A stretch of DNA of 59,500 nt from Halobacteriota archaeon (GTDB taxonomy: Archaea > Halobacteriota > Bog-38 > Methanoflorentales > Methanoflorentaceae). Positions 30,018-39,300 of the stretch are shown here, one piece after another (position 1 is the first letter of the stretch; every line of letters starts with the position of its first letter). Below the pieces are notes generated by a model that was not told the DNA's origin, made no database searches, and saw nothing but the letters and a program-made list of their open reading frames with translations. Position numbers and translations under genes: made by a program. The DNA lies in the NCBI GenBank assembly GCA_050011655.1, contig JBEKIR010000003.1:1-59500 (forward strand), written 5' to 3'.

Positions 30018-30328
30018 CTTTTAACCTACTCTGCCTCCCTTGCTGGGCCAGTTCTCGCACTGTTCTTGATCGTTTCTCTGAGTCAGCGCACTCACAAAGC
30101 CGAATTCACTGCCAGGATGCGGTAATTTACCTTATAACCTCAACTAAATCTTGATTAGGCTAGGATTTGATCTTAGCTGAGAAAAGGTGCGGTTAGGAGA
30201 CTAGGTGCGGAGCGAGCGTTTCGCTGCGAATGGCCTAGATATGACAGGCTGGGGTCCGAATGAAAGAAAAGGTTAACAAGAATGTAGAATGAATGAAAGC
30301 TGTTCCTCACACTGATTTGTAGCAGACC

Positions 30329-31346
30329 ATGGGAACGAACGCGTTTTACCATCATAAGACCGTATTGATGACCAGCGGCGCCGGATCAATCGGATCACAA
30401 CTCGTTCGCACGCTGTTGGATTCCAATCCCTGCGCCGTGACCCTGACCGACAACAACGAGGGCGCGCTACATGATCTCGAGCAAGATCTCAGGTCTAGCA
30501 AAGTGTATACATTTGTCGCTGACGTGAAGGACAAAGACAGCATGGAACCGCTTTTTGACGGCGTTGATTTTGTTTTCCACCTCGCAGGGCTCAAGAACGT
30601 TTCAATGTGCGAATATAACCCCCTGTGAAGCTATTAAAACGAATATCGCTGGGACTCACAACTTGGTCGATCGATGTTTGCGCCAGAACGTCGGAAAAGT
30701 GATATTTACGAGCACAGGCAAAGCCGTCAAGCCGACGACTGTATATGGTGCCACCAAGCTCCTCGCGGAGCGCTTGCTCACTCTCGCTAACAGCGAGCAC
30801 GGGAGCCCGGGAACGATATCGCAAGTGTAAGATTTGGCAACGTAGTGGGCTCTCGCGGCTCCGTTTTTCCTTTGTTTCGCAAACGGCGGCCCGGTCACCC
30901 TCACCGACGAGGAAATGGTGCGGCCTAACATCATCATGCCGAATGCGCTTAGGTTAATTATGAACGTGGGAGAGCTTGCACGAGGCGGAGAAACGTTTAC
31001 CCTCAAGATGAAAGTGATGAGAATCGCGGAAGTTGCTGAGGTCATGATTCGAGAGCTAGCGCCAGCATGTGGGTACAAACCGGAAGAAATTGAGATTCAG
31101 CTGATCGTTGTTAGGCCAGGCGAAAAAATACGAGAGAAGCTGATGACCGAGAGTGAACAGAGGAGAGCTAACGAAACCGAAGACACGTTAGTCGTGGCGC
31201 CAGAGATGAAAGAACTGTCGCACGTCCAAGAATATTACAGCGACTTATTACTCCGAAAAGAGATAAAAACGTACAAGCATCGAAATCCGGTTTTTGTCAC
31301 AAGCGCAGAGATAAAGGGAATATTAAACTGCTTGGGCTATCTGTAG
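30329..31346 (+). pseudogene. Frameshifted polysaccharide biosynthesis protein (CapD/PseB-type UDP-GlcNAc 4,6-dehydratase)
   Basis: GAGSIGS, H.A.LK.V..CEYNP / EAIKTN, ST.KAV.P..VYGATK / VRFGNV.GSRGSV.PLF / GGPVTLTD, RPGEK..E.L; frameshifts near 30620, 30820 and 30880. Confidence 0.9.
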
Positions 31347-31358
31347 TTACAGGGTAGC

Positions 31359-31516
31359 AAAAAAAAAAACGCCTGACGCGATATATGGGCAGCTGCAGCA
31401 AGGCGAGCGCTACGATGCCCGTCGCTTAAAAAACGCCCAGAACAAAATTCATCTTGGCCCGCCTGTGCTGCGGTAGACGCGTCCGCTTCTGTTCTGCGGC
31501 TTTTTTTTGGCGGGCC
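31359..31516. terminator. Probable bidirectional terminator region between convergent genes
   Basis: A11 run (oligo-T on minus) at 31359, T8 at 31501, GGCCCGCC/GGCGGGCC inverted repeat. Confidence 0.4.
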
Positions 31517-31650
31517 GCACTTCAATCTCTTTCGCGGAATATGCTCAAGCCGTCCAGATTGACCTCAGCATTCAGACGACGCCCTCTCGGTGCCGTGATG
31601 GGATCTCTTGTCGTAAGCACCTGGGATCGTCCGCTGTGAGCGGATATTCA

Positions 31651-32238
31651 TCAATGCGCCGGCTCTTGGGTTTCGAGGACCAGCTCGTCTGGAAGTTCGA
31701 TGCGCTGATCTAGTTCGCGCTCAAACATCTTGGTCAAAACGGCTTTCAGGTGCTTTCGAGGAATGTTTCCGGTGTTTTTTAAACTGCACTTCTCCAAGTA
31801 CTCCTCGTAAGTGCAGATGAATCGTGCCGGATTGCCCGCATAGACAGTGTTCGGCGGCACGTCTTTTGTGACGACCGATCCCGCCCCTACCACGCTACTC
31901 GAACCGATGACTACGCCGGGCATTATAATCGCGTTAACGCCGATGAAAGAGTTATCCCGAATAATTATGGGGCCGAACTTGCTGCCTTCGAAGTCCGCGT
32001 TCTGCTCAAGCACCCATTTGGCTCCGTCGTGAGTCATAAAGGTAACGCCGTACGTAATCTTGCAGTTATTTCCGATCGAAATCAAGTACGGTTCGGTGCT
32101 TAAATTGCAGTAGTAGAGTTGACAGTTGCTACCTATGCGTACTCCTAATCTTCGGGCTAGGCGGACGCGGGCGTTCCCTGTGCTTATCCTGAATAAAACG
32201 ATGTTCAGTCTGTAAGCGATTTTTTCCAGCCAGTTCAT
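31651..32238 (-). CDS. Hexapeptide-repeat sugar acyltransferase
   Basis: TEPYLISIG, F.THDG, FIG....I.PGV.IG, GAGSVVTKDVP, GNPAR. Confidence 0.9.
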   Translation of the reverse strand: MNWLEKIAYRLNIVLFRISTGNARVRLARRLGVRIGSNCQLYYCNLSTEPYLISIGNNCKITYGVTFMTHDGAKWVLEQNADFEGSKFGPIIIRDNSFIGVNAIIMPGVVIGSSSVVGAGSVVTKDVPPNTVYAGNPARFICTYEEYLEKCSLKNTGNIPRKHLKAVLTKMFERELDQRIELPDELVLETQEPAH

Positions 32239-32420
32239 TACGATTGCTTGTTGATTTGATACGTTTCTGCTTGCCGAACCGATAGTCGCTCGTTACGCAA
32301 TTTATATTTTATCCAGCTCTTTAAGCTTGCGATCTTCGCTCAAACTCAGCCGAGCAAAAGCGAGGTGACAGACGACAGTTATTATTATTAGGTTAATATA
32401 TTGCACCACAACCTTGTGTC

Positions 32421-33470
32421 ATGTTCAAAGCAATTTCTGTCGAAAGGCGAAGCAGAGTTATCCACGATTTTCCTTACGGTGTCGAGCGGAGGCGATGTCC
32501 ACACGCAGGTATCGTAAATATCACGAAGAGCGGGCACTGCGTTTTTGATTGCGCATATTGCTATGCGAAGAGCTACCCGTGGTCCGCGAACGGACGTCTC
32601 ATCGAGGTGTACGAAAATACGCCTGAGCTGCTTGATAGCGAGTTAAGAACGATTCGCACGTGTCCGCCTCTTTATTTTTGCGCTGTGACAGATCCATTTC
32701 AACCGCTTAATCTTGTGTGGAAAACTTCGCTCGACGCGATGGGTATCGCCGCGGACCATGGCGTCTTTTTTACTATCGTCACTAAATCGGACCTCGTTTT
32801 GAAAATCCTTGAAACTCGCTGGGCAGATTATGAAAGATTTCGCGTATCCTTCACGTGTGAGAGTCTCAACCGTAACAAGCTCAGCGCGATCAGCAATGCG
32901 CCAGACGTCTTTCGCAGGCTGAGGGCCATCGAAAAGCTTGTGAGCGCGGGCGTCAACGTCTCAGTGAGAGTTGATCCGATAATCTCTGGGCTGACTGACG
33001 ATTACGGTGAGTTGGATGAACTGTTTCAGACATTGAGCTCGATGGACGTTTGCCATATTACCACGTCAACGGGCAGTTTCAATTCGCGGGCGTTTCGGAA
33101 ATTACTCGTTGGGATCGAGGAGGGGGGCTACGCGGAGTCAGCTGCACTAGTCCGGACTCGCTATGTCTTTAATGGAAAAAAGCACACGCTAAGCCCGAAA
33201 GACCGACTCACGCTCTACAAATATCTCGCGTCGCTTTGTGATCATTATGACATGTCTCTCTCCCTTTGCCAAGAACCGCTGGATCTCATACCTGGTGACG
33301 TGACACGGTGCCGCACTCTCGGAGAGTTGGCTATGCGAGATCGGTCGGGGCGTTTCGTTCCAGTTTGCGGTTCTGACTGCGTGAACGCGTGTCCAAACGC
33401 AGAATATCCGCCGTGTAAGAATGAGAAGCTCCGTTCGGAATATCCATTCAAATGGCGGACGCTAATGTAG
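32421..33470 (+). CDS. Radical SAM protein, spore photoproduct lyase-like family
   Basis: C.F.C.YCYA, TDPFQP, TKS, R.DPII.G; extra C-terminal Cys cluster. Confidence 0.85.
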   Translation: MFKAISVERRSRVIHDFPYGVERRRCPHAGIVNITKSGHCVFDCAYCYAKSYPWSANGRLIEVYENTPELLDSELRTIRTCPPLYFCAVTDPFQPLNLVWKTSLDAMGIAADHGVFFTIVTKSDLVLKILETRWADYERFRVSFTCESLNRNKLSAISNAPDVFRRLRAIEKLVSAGVNVSVRVDPIISGLTDDYGELDELFQTLSSMDVCHITTSTGSFNSRAFRKLLVGIEEGGYAESAALVRTRYVFNGKKHTLSPKDRLTLYKYLASLCDHYDMSLSLCQEPLDLIPGDVTRCRTLGELAMRDRSGRFVPVCGSDCVNACPNAEYPPCKNEKLRSEYPFKWRTLM

Positions 33471-33578
33471 GGCCGTTCTTTAGACGTCTTTGCCGCGCCG
33501 TTTTATGCGCTGGCTGACCAACGATGCTTTTAAGTATTAGTCGTACGGAATAAAACCTGAACCTTTTTCGTTTATGAT

Positions 33579-34499
33579 ATGATTGCGTTAGTTACAGGTG
33601 GCTACGGGTTTATAGGAAACCAGATTGCCGAGCTAATCTCTGCCGAATACGAGGAAGTGCGCATACTTGACAATCTAAGCAACGCAGCGCGGGTAGTTCG
33701 ATTGCCAAACGTGCGCCTAATCAAGACGGATGTTAGAGATAACGGCGCGACGAACGAGGCATTTGATGATGTTGACGTAGTTTTCCACACCGCCGCTCAG
33801 GTCGACGTAGTCGCAAGCACCAGAGAGCCATTCGTCGATATGGATAACAACGTGAAGGGTACTTTATCAGTCTGTGAGGCTGCTCGAAGAAATGATGTGT
33901 CTAAGCTTGTTTATTCATCGAGCGCTGCCGTCTATGGAAATGCTGATTTTTTTCCCATAGATGAGGCGCAGCCGATACGTCCCATGTCTCCCTATGCCGT
34001 GAGCAAGTATTGCGGCGAACTCTACATGGCTTCCTATCATAATTTGTATGGCCTCAGCACGCTGTCTTTGCGATACTTCAACGTTTATGGCCCTTATCAA
34101 CGTCCGGAAAACTCGTACTCTGGCGTGATTAGTGCATTCTTCTATAATGCAACAAGAAACGCGCCTTTGCAAATATACGGCGACGGGAACCAGACCCGGG
34201 ACTTCGTGTACGTAACAGACGTGGCGCATGCGAATTTGCTGGCGGCAAGTAGCGATGCAGCAAATTCAGTGGTGAACATAGGAAGCGGGCGCGAGACGTC
34301 CATAAATGAACTAGCAGTGATGATCAAGAAAATGGCTCTTTCTGATTCGAGCATCGTGCATGGCGCGCCGCGTATCAGCGACGGCAGGAGATCACTGGCG
34401 GATATTAGAAACGCAAAGCGAATCATCAACTACGAGCCAAAAATCCGTATAAGTGGGGGCCTCGCAAAGCTCAGCCAGTTCTTTGGCGATACGCGCTGA
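33579..34499 (+). CDS. NAD-dependent UDP-sugar 4-epimerase (extended SDR)
   Basis: TGG.GFIG, SSAAVYG, YAVSK, RYFNVYGP, GDG.QTRDF. Confidence 0.93.
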   Translation: MIALVTGGYGFIGNQIAELISAEYEEVRILDNLSNAARVVRLPNVRLIKTDVRDNGATNEAFDDVDVVFHTAAQVDVVASTREPFVDMDNNVKGTLSVCEAARRNDVSKLVYSSSAAVYGNADFFPIDEAQPIRPMSPYAVSKYCGELYMASYHNLYGLSTLSLRYFNVYGPYQRPENSYSGVISAFFYNATRNAPLQIYGDGNQTRDFVYVTDVAHANLLAASSDAANSVVNIGSGRETSINELAVMIKKMALSDSSIVHGAPRISDGRRSLADIRNAKRIINYEPKIRISGGLAKLSQFFGDTR

Positions 34500-34599
34500 T
34501 AATTCTATCTCACCTTGATCAGCGTAGGCAAAGAGCCCCAGGTTCCCGTTTCGAATCATATTCGGATCGCAAAGAGAAGATAATAAAGAACGATTTCGA

Positions 34600-34855
34600 A
34601 CTTAGTGCAAATTGTTCTCGCGTTCGGTGCCGTGATCGTCGTCCTGGCTTCGGTATTTCGCTCGCGTATTTGCCAGATTAGATCAGGTGGCGGTAACCCG
34701 AGCGATTAACGAGGTCGATCGGCTTGTGTATTGCCATGGTGGTTGCAATCGGGCTTTTTTAAGGTCATCCTTCCATCCTGATAAATGACATCGGCGGAAC
34801 CACGGCTTATTCGTTATTTGCTGCGCTCGTCTTCGTCACAATCTTCTTGCGATAA
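34600..34855 (+). pseudogene. Possible degraded membrane protein (flippase-like) remnant
   Basis: Short TM-like fragments broken by stops: VQIVLAFGAVIVVLASVF, SIGLCIAMVVAIGLF*, IGGTTAYSLFAALVFVTIFLR*. Confidence 0.3.
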
Positions 34856-34955
34856 TATGCGGCTTTTAGCAGCGCGTAGGAGTCAAGACAAACGAAAGAC
34901 AGTCAAGTCAAAAGGCGGAGCTAGCCACAAACTCTTTCTTCGTTTAAACAATCGG

Positions 34956-35588
34956 TCATAAGGTCAGCTTTGCCAGATCGAACGCTTCAGCTTTACTGTG
35001 ATTATGAGTCGCTAGCATTCCGGCCTGAAAAGCACGATACTGTGCGAGACCAGCTATCGCTTCTGTTCGCACGTAGTACTTGTCATTCTGCGTTTCGTGA
35101 AGCTTTAACGCTTCGAGCTTGATGTTGAAGAAATTCGTAATGTTGACAAAAACTCGTGGAGTAAACTCGAGTGACACGCTGGGAGACTCATAGAGGAAAA
35201 TATCATCCACGTGCCTATACAACGTCATAGTCGCAAGGGCGGCATTTCGATGATCTTGGTGATTGTCGTGCGAACTGTGCGTATATATTCTATCGGGCTG
35301 TAATGCATCTACCTTTGCTTGAATAAGCTCGATTGTTTGGTAGTCAGTTGTGATCATCCGATCCTTGAGATCTTCAATAGTGATACTGTCCGCGCCGAGG
35401 ACCTGTGCGGCTTTCTTACACTCACTGATTCTTTTGTCACTTGGCCCCCCTGCTTCGCCCTTGGAGAGCACAAGAAGGTGTACGTCGTCGCCTTTGTGTT
35501 TGTGATAGGCTAACGTCGCGTAGCAGCCTAGCTCGCAATCATCTGGATGAGCGCCGATCGCTAGAATTACTTTACCCAAATAAATCAC
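34956..35588 (-). CDS. PIG-L/LmbE family N-deacetylase (BshB-like)
   Basis: AHPDD, R..E, D.HQDH, K..A...H..Q. Confidence 0.92.
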   Translation of the reverse strand: MIYLGKVILAIGAHPDDCELGCYATLAYHKHKGDDVHLLVLSKGEAGGPSDKRISECKKAAQVLGADSITIEDLKDRMITTDYQTIELIQAKVDALQPDRIYTHSSHDNHQDHRNAALATMTLYRHVDDIFLYESPSVSLEFTPRVFVNITNFFNIKLEALKLHETQNDKYYVRTEAIAGLAQYRAFQAGMLATHNHSKAEAFDLAKLTL

Positions 35589-37185
35589 CAGTGCATAGTT
35601 GTTTTGTCGAGTTGAACAATGCGTCCATCGACGTATTCGTGCGCAACGGCACGTCTGCGTTGAAACTTATATTTGCTTCCAGTGCGTACGACCATTGGGC
35701 ACAGGTCGATCGAATCCCTATGTTAGTTGCATGATCAATGACGGAGGGAATGACGTTGAGCGTCTTCGCCGTATTGCCCGCGATCGAGCGATCTCTTGCG
35801 ATCTGGTTTCGTTCAAATCGTGTTCTCAACTCATTTTGCATGCTTATAATCGTAGCTATTTTCTCTTTAAAGCCTTCAAGTTTCCTATTTGCGACCGCAC
35901 TTTTCAAGTTGTCAAGTGCGCAGATGACGCCGTCGATGTCTCCGAGAATATCGTCCAGCTCGCCCTGCACGATCTCCACGTCGCACTTCTCGTCCTTCGC
36001 CAGATTGTATTGAGATCGCACCCTCAGTAGCTCGAGAATTGCGTCAAGCTGTCCAACCCCCCCGTACATATCTTTCGGCCTCCATATCGAGACGACAGGG
36101 AATCGCATCCCAAGCGCTCCAGCGATCTTTTCAGCTCTGCCCAGATATTCGGCGCCTCCATGGCCGCCGACGTAGAACGAAACGCCTATGCCGCTAAAAG
36201 CGATAAGCATCGCCTCTGCTCGGAGCGACACGTTGGGCAACATCTGTCCCAGGGCTGAGCGCAGATCCCCTGGAAACTCTATAGTTGTGGTGCACGCGCG
36301 ACACTTCGCCACGAGCGCATGATCGGGCGCCCCCCTCATCTCTACGTCAGCTTTTCCACCGCACGGGCAATGATACCAAACAGGGATGGGTGGCTTCGCA
36401 CTTGGGTTCTTCTGCCCCTCGGCCATTAATCTAGCGTACTGGGCGTAGTTTTCCAACAGAAAAGCGATCTCATCACTGAACACCTGTTGGCATTGGGAAA
36501 ACCGCGCGAAAGCGGTTGTATACCCACACTCCTCAATGAGGTACGCGAAAAAGAATGCGTTAAAATCAGCCGCGTTCGTGCTTCTTTCATATGCCCGATC
36601 GATAACGTCAGATACGGCGCGCGTGTGGAGGTCGACGTCCGGAACCGGCAGCTTCAAACGCTTCGCGTGCTTCATCACCGAATCGAACGACTCGCTCGCC
36701 CAGCGTTCGATGTCGCTTTTTAGCTTTGCCACTTCGACGCCGTCAGGTTTAGGAACGGCGCACATGAGCTTGTTGTGGTACGTCGAACCGACTGATAAGT
36801 GGAGGGTGAGCGTGCCGTTTCTGTTTCTAACGCTGGGGAGCTGCGCTTCTCGGAACCACCGCTCATTAGCGAAGTCCTGATCGGCAAAACAAAAGAGCTC
36901 AACGATGGGGCAGTCAAGTCTCTCGCGCAACTGCTCGGCCACCGCGTGGACGAGCACGGCCTTGCGCACAACCCCACTGTACGGCAGGAAGTTTGGCTGA
37001 TGGGCAGACATCAAAACAATTCCTTCATAATCTGCTTGAAGCGGGATCCGAGCTTCGCTATGAAACGCTCTGACGTGTTCAGTAAACGCTTTGCGCTTGC
37101 CTCGCATCGCGTGGTCGGGGTAAATAGCGTTACCTGCAACAACTCGCGTCAGTTCCTGGAGATTCTTGCTTTGATCCCCCTTCAT
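35572..37185 (-). CDS. Uncharacterised protein, probable BshC-like ligase with Zn ribbon and coiled coil
   Basis: SAHQPN...Y....K, DQDF, YVGG.GG.EY; CPC and C..C; C-terminal coiled coil. Confidence 0.5.
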   Translation of the reverse strand: MKGDQSKNLQELTRVVAGNAIYPDHAMRGKRKAFTEHVRAFHSEARIPLQADYEGIVLMSAHQPNFLPYSGVVRKAVLVHAVAEQLRERLDCPIVELFCFADQDFANERWFREAQLPSVRNRNGTLTLHLSVGSTYHNKLMCAVPKPDGVEVAKLKSDIERWASESFDSVMKHAKRLKLPVPDVDLHTRAVSDVIDRAYERSTNAADFNAFFFAYLIEECGYTTAFARFSQCQQVFSDEIAFLLENYAQYARLMAEGQKNPSAKPPIPVWYHCPCGGKADVEMRGAPDHALVAKCRACTTTIEFPGDLRSALGQMLPNVSLRAEAMLIAFSGIGVSFYVGGHGGAEYLGRAEKIAGALGMRFPVVSIWRPKDMYGGVGQLDAILELLRVRSQYNLAKDEKCDVEIVQGELDDILGDIDGVICALDNLKSAVANRKLEGFKEKIATIISMQNELRTRFERNQIARDRSIAGNTAKTLNVIPSVIDHATNIGIRSTCAQWSYALEANISFNADVPLRTNTSMDALFNSTKQLCTGDLFG

Positions 37186-37306
37186 GAATCACCTAAAAAC
37201 ATGACCGCAACAAGCGTTGGAACGGAAATCCAACACTGACGTTTCAATCAGCATGATAAGCAACGCCTATATAGTTATTTTCCGTATAGATGTGCGAAGT
37301 GATACA

Positions 37307-38521
37307 GTGAAAGCCATTGTCCTAGCTGCAGGCGAAGGAACGCGATTAAGGCCATTTACACTGACTCAACCGAAAGCAATGGTACCGGTGGCTAACCGGC
37401 CTATTCTTGAATATGTGATCGATTCTCTGGCAGGGTGCGGTGTCACTGACATCAGTTTGGTAGTCGGCTACAAAAAAGAAAAAGTAATGAACTATTTTGA
37501 GGGCGGCAAGAAATTCGGCGTTAAAATAGATTACGTCGAGCAGCCACAGCAGCTCGGAACTGCTCACGCTATAAAGCTGGCCGAAGATTCAATCGAGGAA
37601 AACTTCCTAGTTCTAAATGGCGACAATCTCACAAGCCCCCAAGCCATAGAAGAAGTCTTGAGCAACGCATCCGGCGACGTGACGCTCCTTCTCACCGTGA
37701 AAGAAAACGTTAAGGGCTATGGAGTCGTCACGACTGAAGGCAACCGCGTCACTCAAATAGTCGAAAAGCCCGGGACGGATATTAGCCACTACATCAATAC
37801 GGGCATCTACGTTTTTGCTCCTGCTGCCTTCAATGAGATACCGTATACAAAGATATCTCCTAGGGGTGAATACGAGATAACGGATACTATTCAGAGGATG
37901 ATCGAGAAGCAGTACGATGTCAAAGGCGTCCACACTACCTCAATGTGGATCGATGCCAGTTACCCCTGGGATTTGCTTAACGCAAACGCGGCAGTGCTTG
38001 CTTCTATAAAAGAGGCGCCTGCCCACCAAAACGGCCAAATCGAGGACGACGCGAAAGTAAGGGGGGATGTCATCGTCGGGGAAAACTCGGTAATACGGTC
38101 TGGGTCTTATGTGCTCGGTCCGGTCGTCATAGGCAGAGACGCTGAGATAGGACCTAACGTGACTATACTCCCGTCGACGAGCATCGGAAATGGCGTTACC
38201 ATCGACTCGTTTACCGAGGTGCGAAATTCTTTGGTTATGAACGACGTGCGACTAGGCTCTCACTCTCTCGTCGCAAATTCTATCATTGGAAAGAATACAA
38301 TGATCGGTTCTCATTTCATCGCAGAGCAAACAAAGCTTGCTATGCCATTTCTTGACGGAGAGCTGCACCACGTAATGAATCTAGGTGCGATAATCGGTGA
38401 GAATTGTCGTTTCGGGCACGGGATACTTGTTGAAGCCGGAAAAATCATTGGTGTGCATTGCACCGTGGAATCCGCCACGACGATAAGAAAGAACGTCGAT
38501 AACTATAGCAACATCGTTTGA
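37307..38521 (+). CDS. Second GlmU-like sugar-1-phosphate nucleotidylyltransferase
   Basis: LAAGEGTRLRP.T...PK, EKP, RGEYEITD, LbH C-terminus; GTG start at 37307. Confidence 0.9.
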   Translation: MKAIVLAAGEGTRLRPFTLTQPKAMVPVANRPILEYVIDSLAGCGVTDISLVVGYKKEKVMNYFEGGKKFGVKIDYVEQPQQLGTAHAIKLAEDSIEENFLVLNGDNLTSPQAIEEVLSNASGDVTLLLTVKENVKGYGVVTTEGNRVTQIVEKPGTDISHYINTGIYVFAPAAFNEIPYTKISPRGEYEITDTIQRMIEKQYDVKGVHTTSMWIDASYPWDLLNANAAVLASIKEAPAHQNGQIEDDAKVRGDVIVGENSVIRSGSYVLGPVVIGRDAEIGPNVTILPSTSIGNGVTIDSFTEVRNSLVMNDVRLGSHSLVANSIIGKNTMIGSHFIAEQTKLAMPFLDGELHHVMNLGAIIGENCRFGHGILVEAGKIIGVHCTVESATTIRKNVDNYSNIV

Positions 38522-38710
38522 GGCACGCTGCGGGCACAGGCACAGATTACTTTCTTGAATGCGCGCGCCAACAGCAAAAGGCGCTTGTCCCTCACGACGT
38601 GTCGTAATACGTTGAAACTCCAAGCCAAGAAAGTGCGAATGCGTGACGTTGCGATCGATTTTAAAGAAGCTCGTAGACCCGATGTTTTTTGATTTAATTG
38701 CCACGGAAGC

Positions 38711-38738
38711 TTTTATATAGAAGTGCAAACATATAAAA
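38711..38738 (+). promoter_or_regulatory. TATA box of grpE-dnaK-dnaJ with an overlapping inverted repeat
   Basis: TTTTATAT-N12-ATATAAAA. Confidence 0.55.
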
Positions 38739-38766
38739 AAGTAGTCTTTTCTTTGAGGAGGTATCG

Positions 38767-39300
38767 CTGATTCAACAAGATGACGACCAGGAGCTTGTCG
38801 AGGTCGAAATTCCCCCTGAGGAAGCAGCTATTTTGGAGGAGCTTGACAACGTCAAAGAACAGAATGAGGAATACCTTTCGCGCCTGCAAAGGCTTCAAGC
38901 TGATTTTGAAAACTTCAAGCGGCGAACTAAAATCCAAAGCAAGGATCTCGCTAAGTATGCGTCCGTCGATCTGATTAGGGAGTTACTCGATATCTCTGAT
39001 AATCTCGAGCGAGCTGCTCTGGCACCAAGGGCTGAGGGAGTCCAAGGTGTCTACGAAGGAATCGAACTCATACACAAGCAGCTGTGCGATATCTTGAGTA
39101 GGAACGGAGTCACGAGGATAGAATCGATTGGAGAGCTGTTTGATCCACACGTGCACGAAGCAATTATGACTGAAGTGGATACTAACCTGCCAGATAACGT
39201 GATAACTGAGGAGATTCAAAAGGGCTATAAGCTTCATGAAAAGGTGATTCGGCCTTCCAAAGTGAAGGTTAACAAAAGCACAAATAAGGTGGACAGATGA
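38767..39300 (+). CDS. grpE: Nucleotide exchange factor GrpE (start uncertain: CTG 38767, ATT 38770 or TTG 38833)
   Basis: [26 protein letters not shown]...VIRP..V.V. Confidence 0.95.
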   Translation: MIQQDDDQELVEVEIPPEEAAILEELDNVKEQNEEYLSRLQRLQADFENFKRRTKIQSKDLAKYASVDLIRELLDISDNLERAALAPRAEGVQGVYEGIELIHKQLCDILSRNGVTRIESIGELFDPHVHEAIMTEVDTNLPDNVITEEIQKGYKLHEKVIRPSKVKVNKSTNKVDR

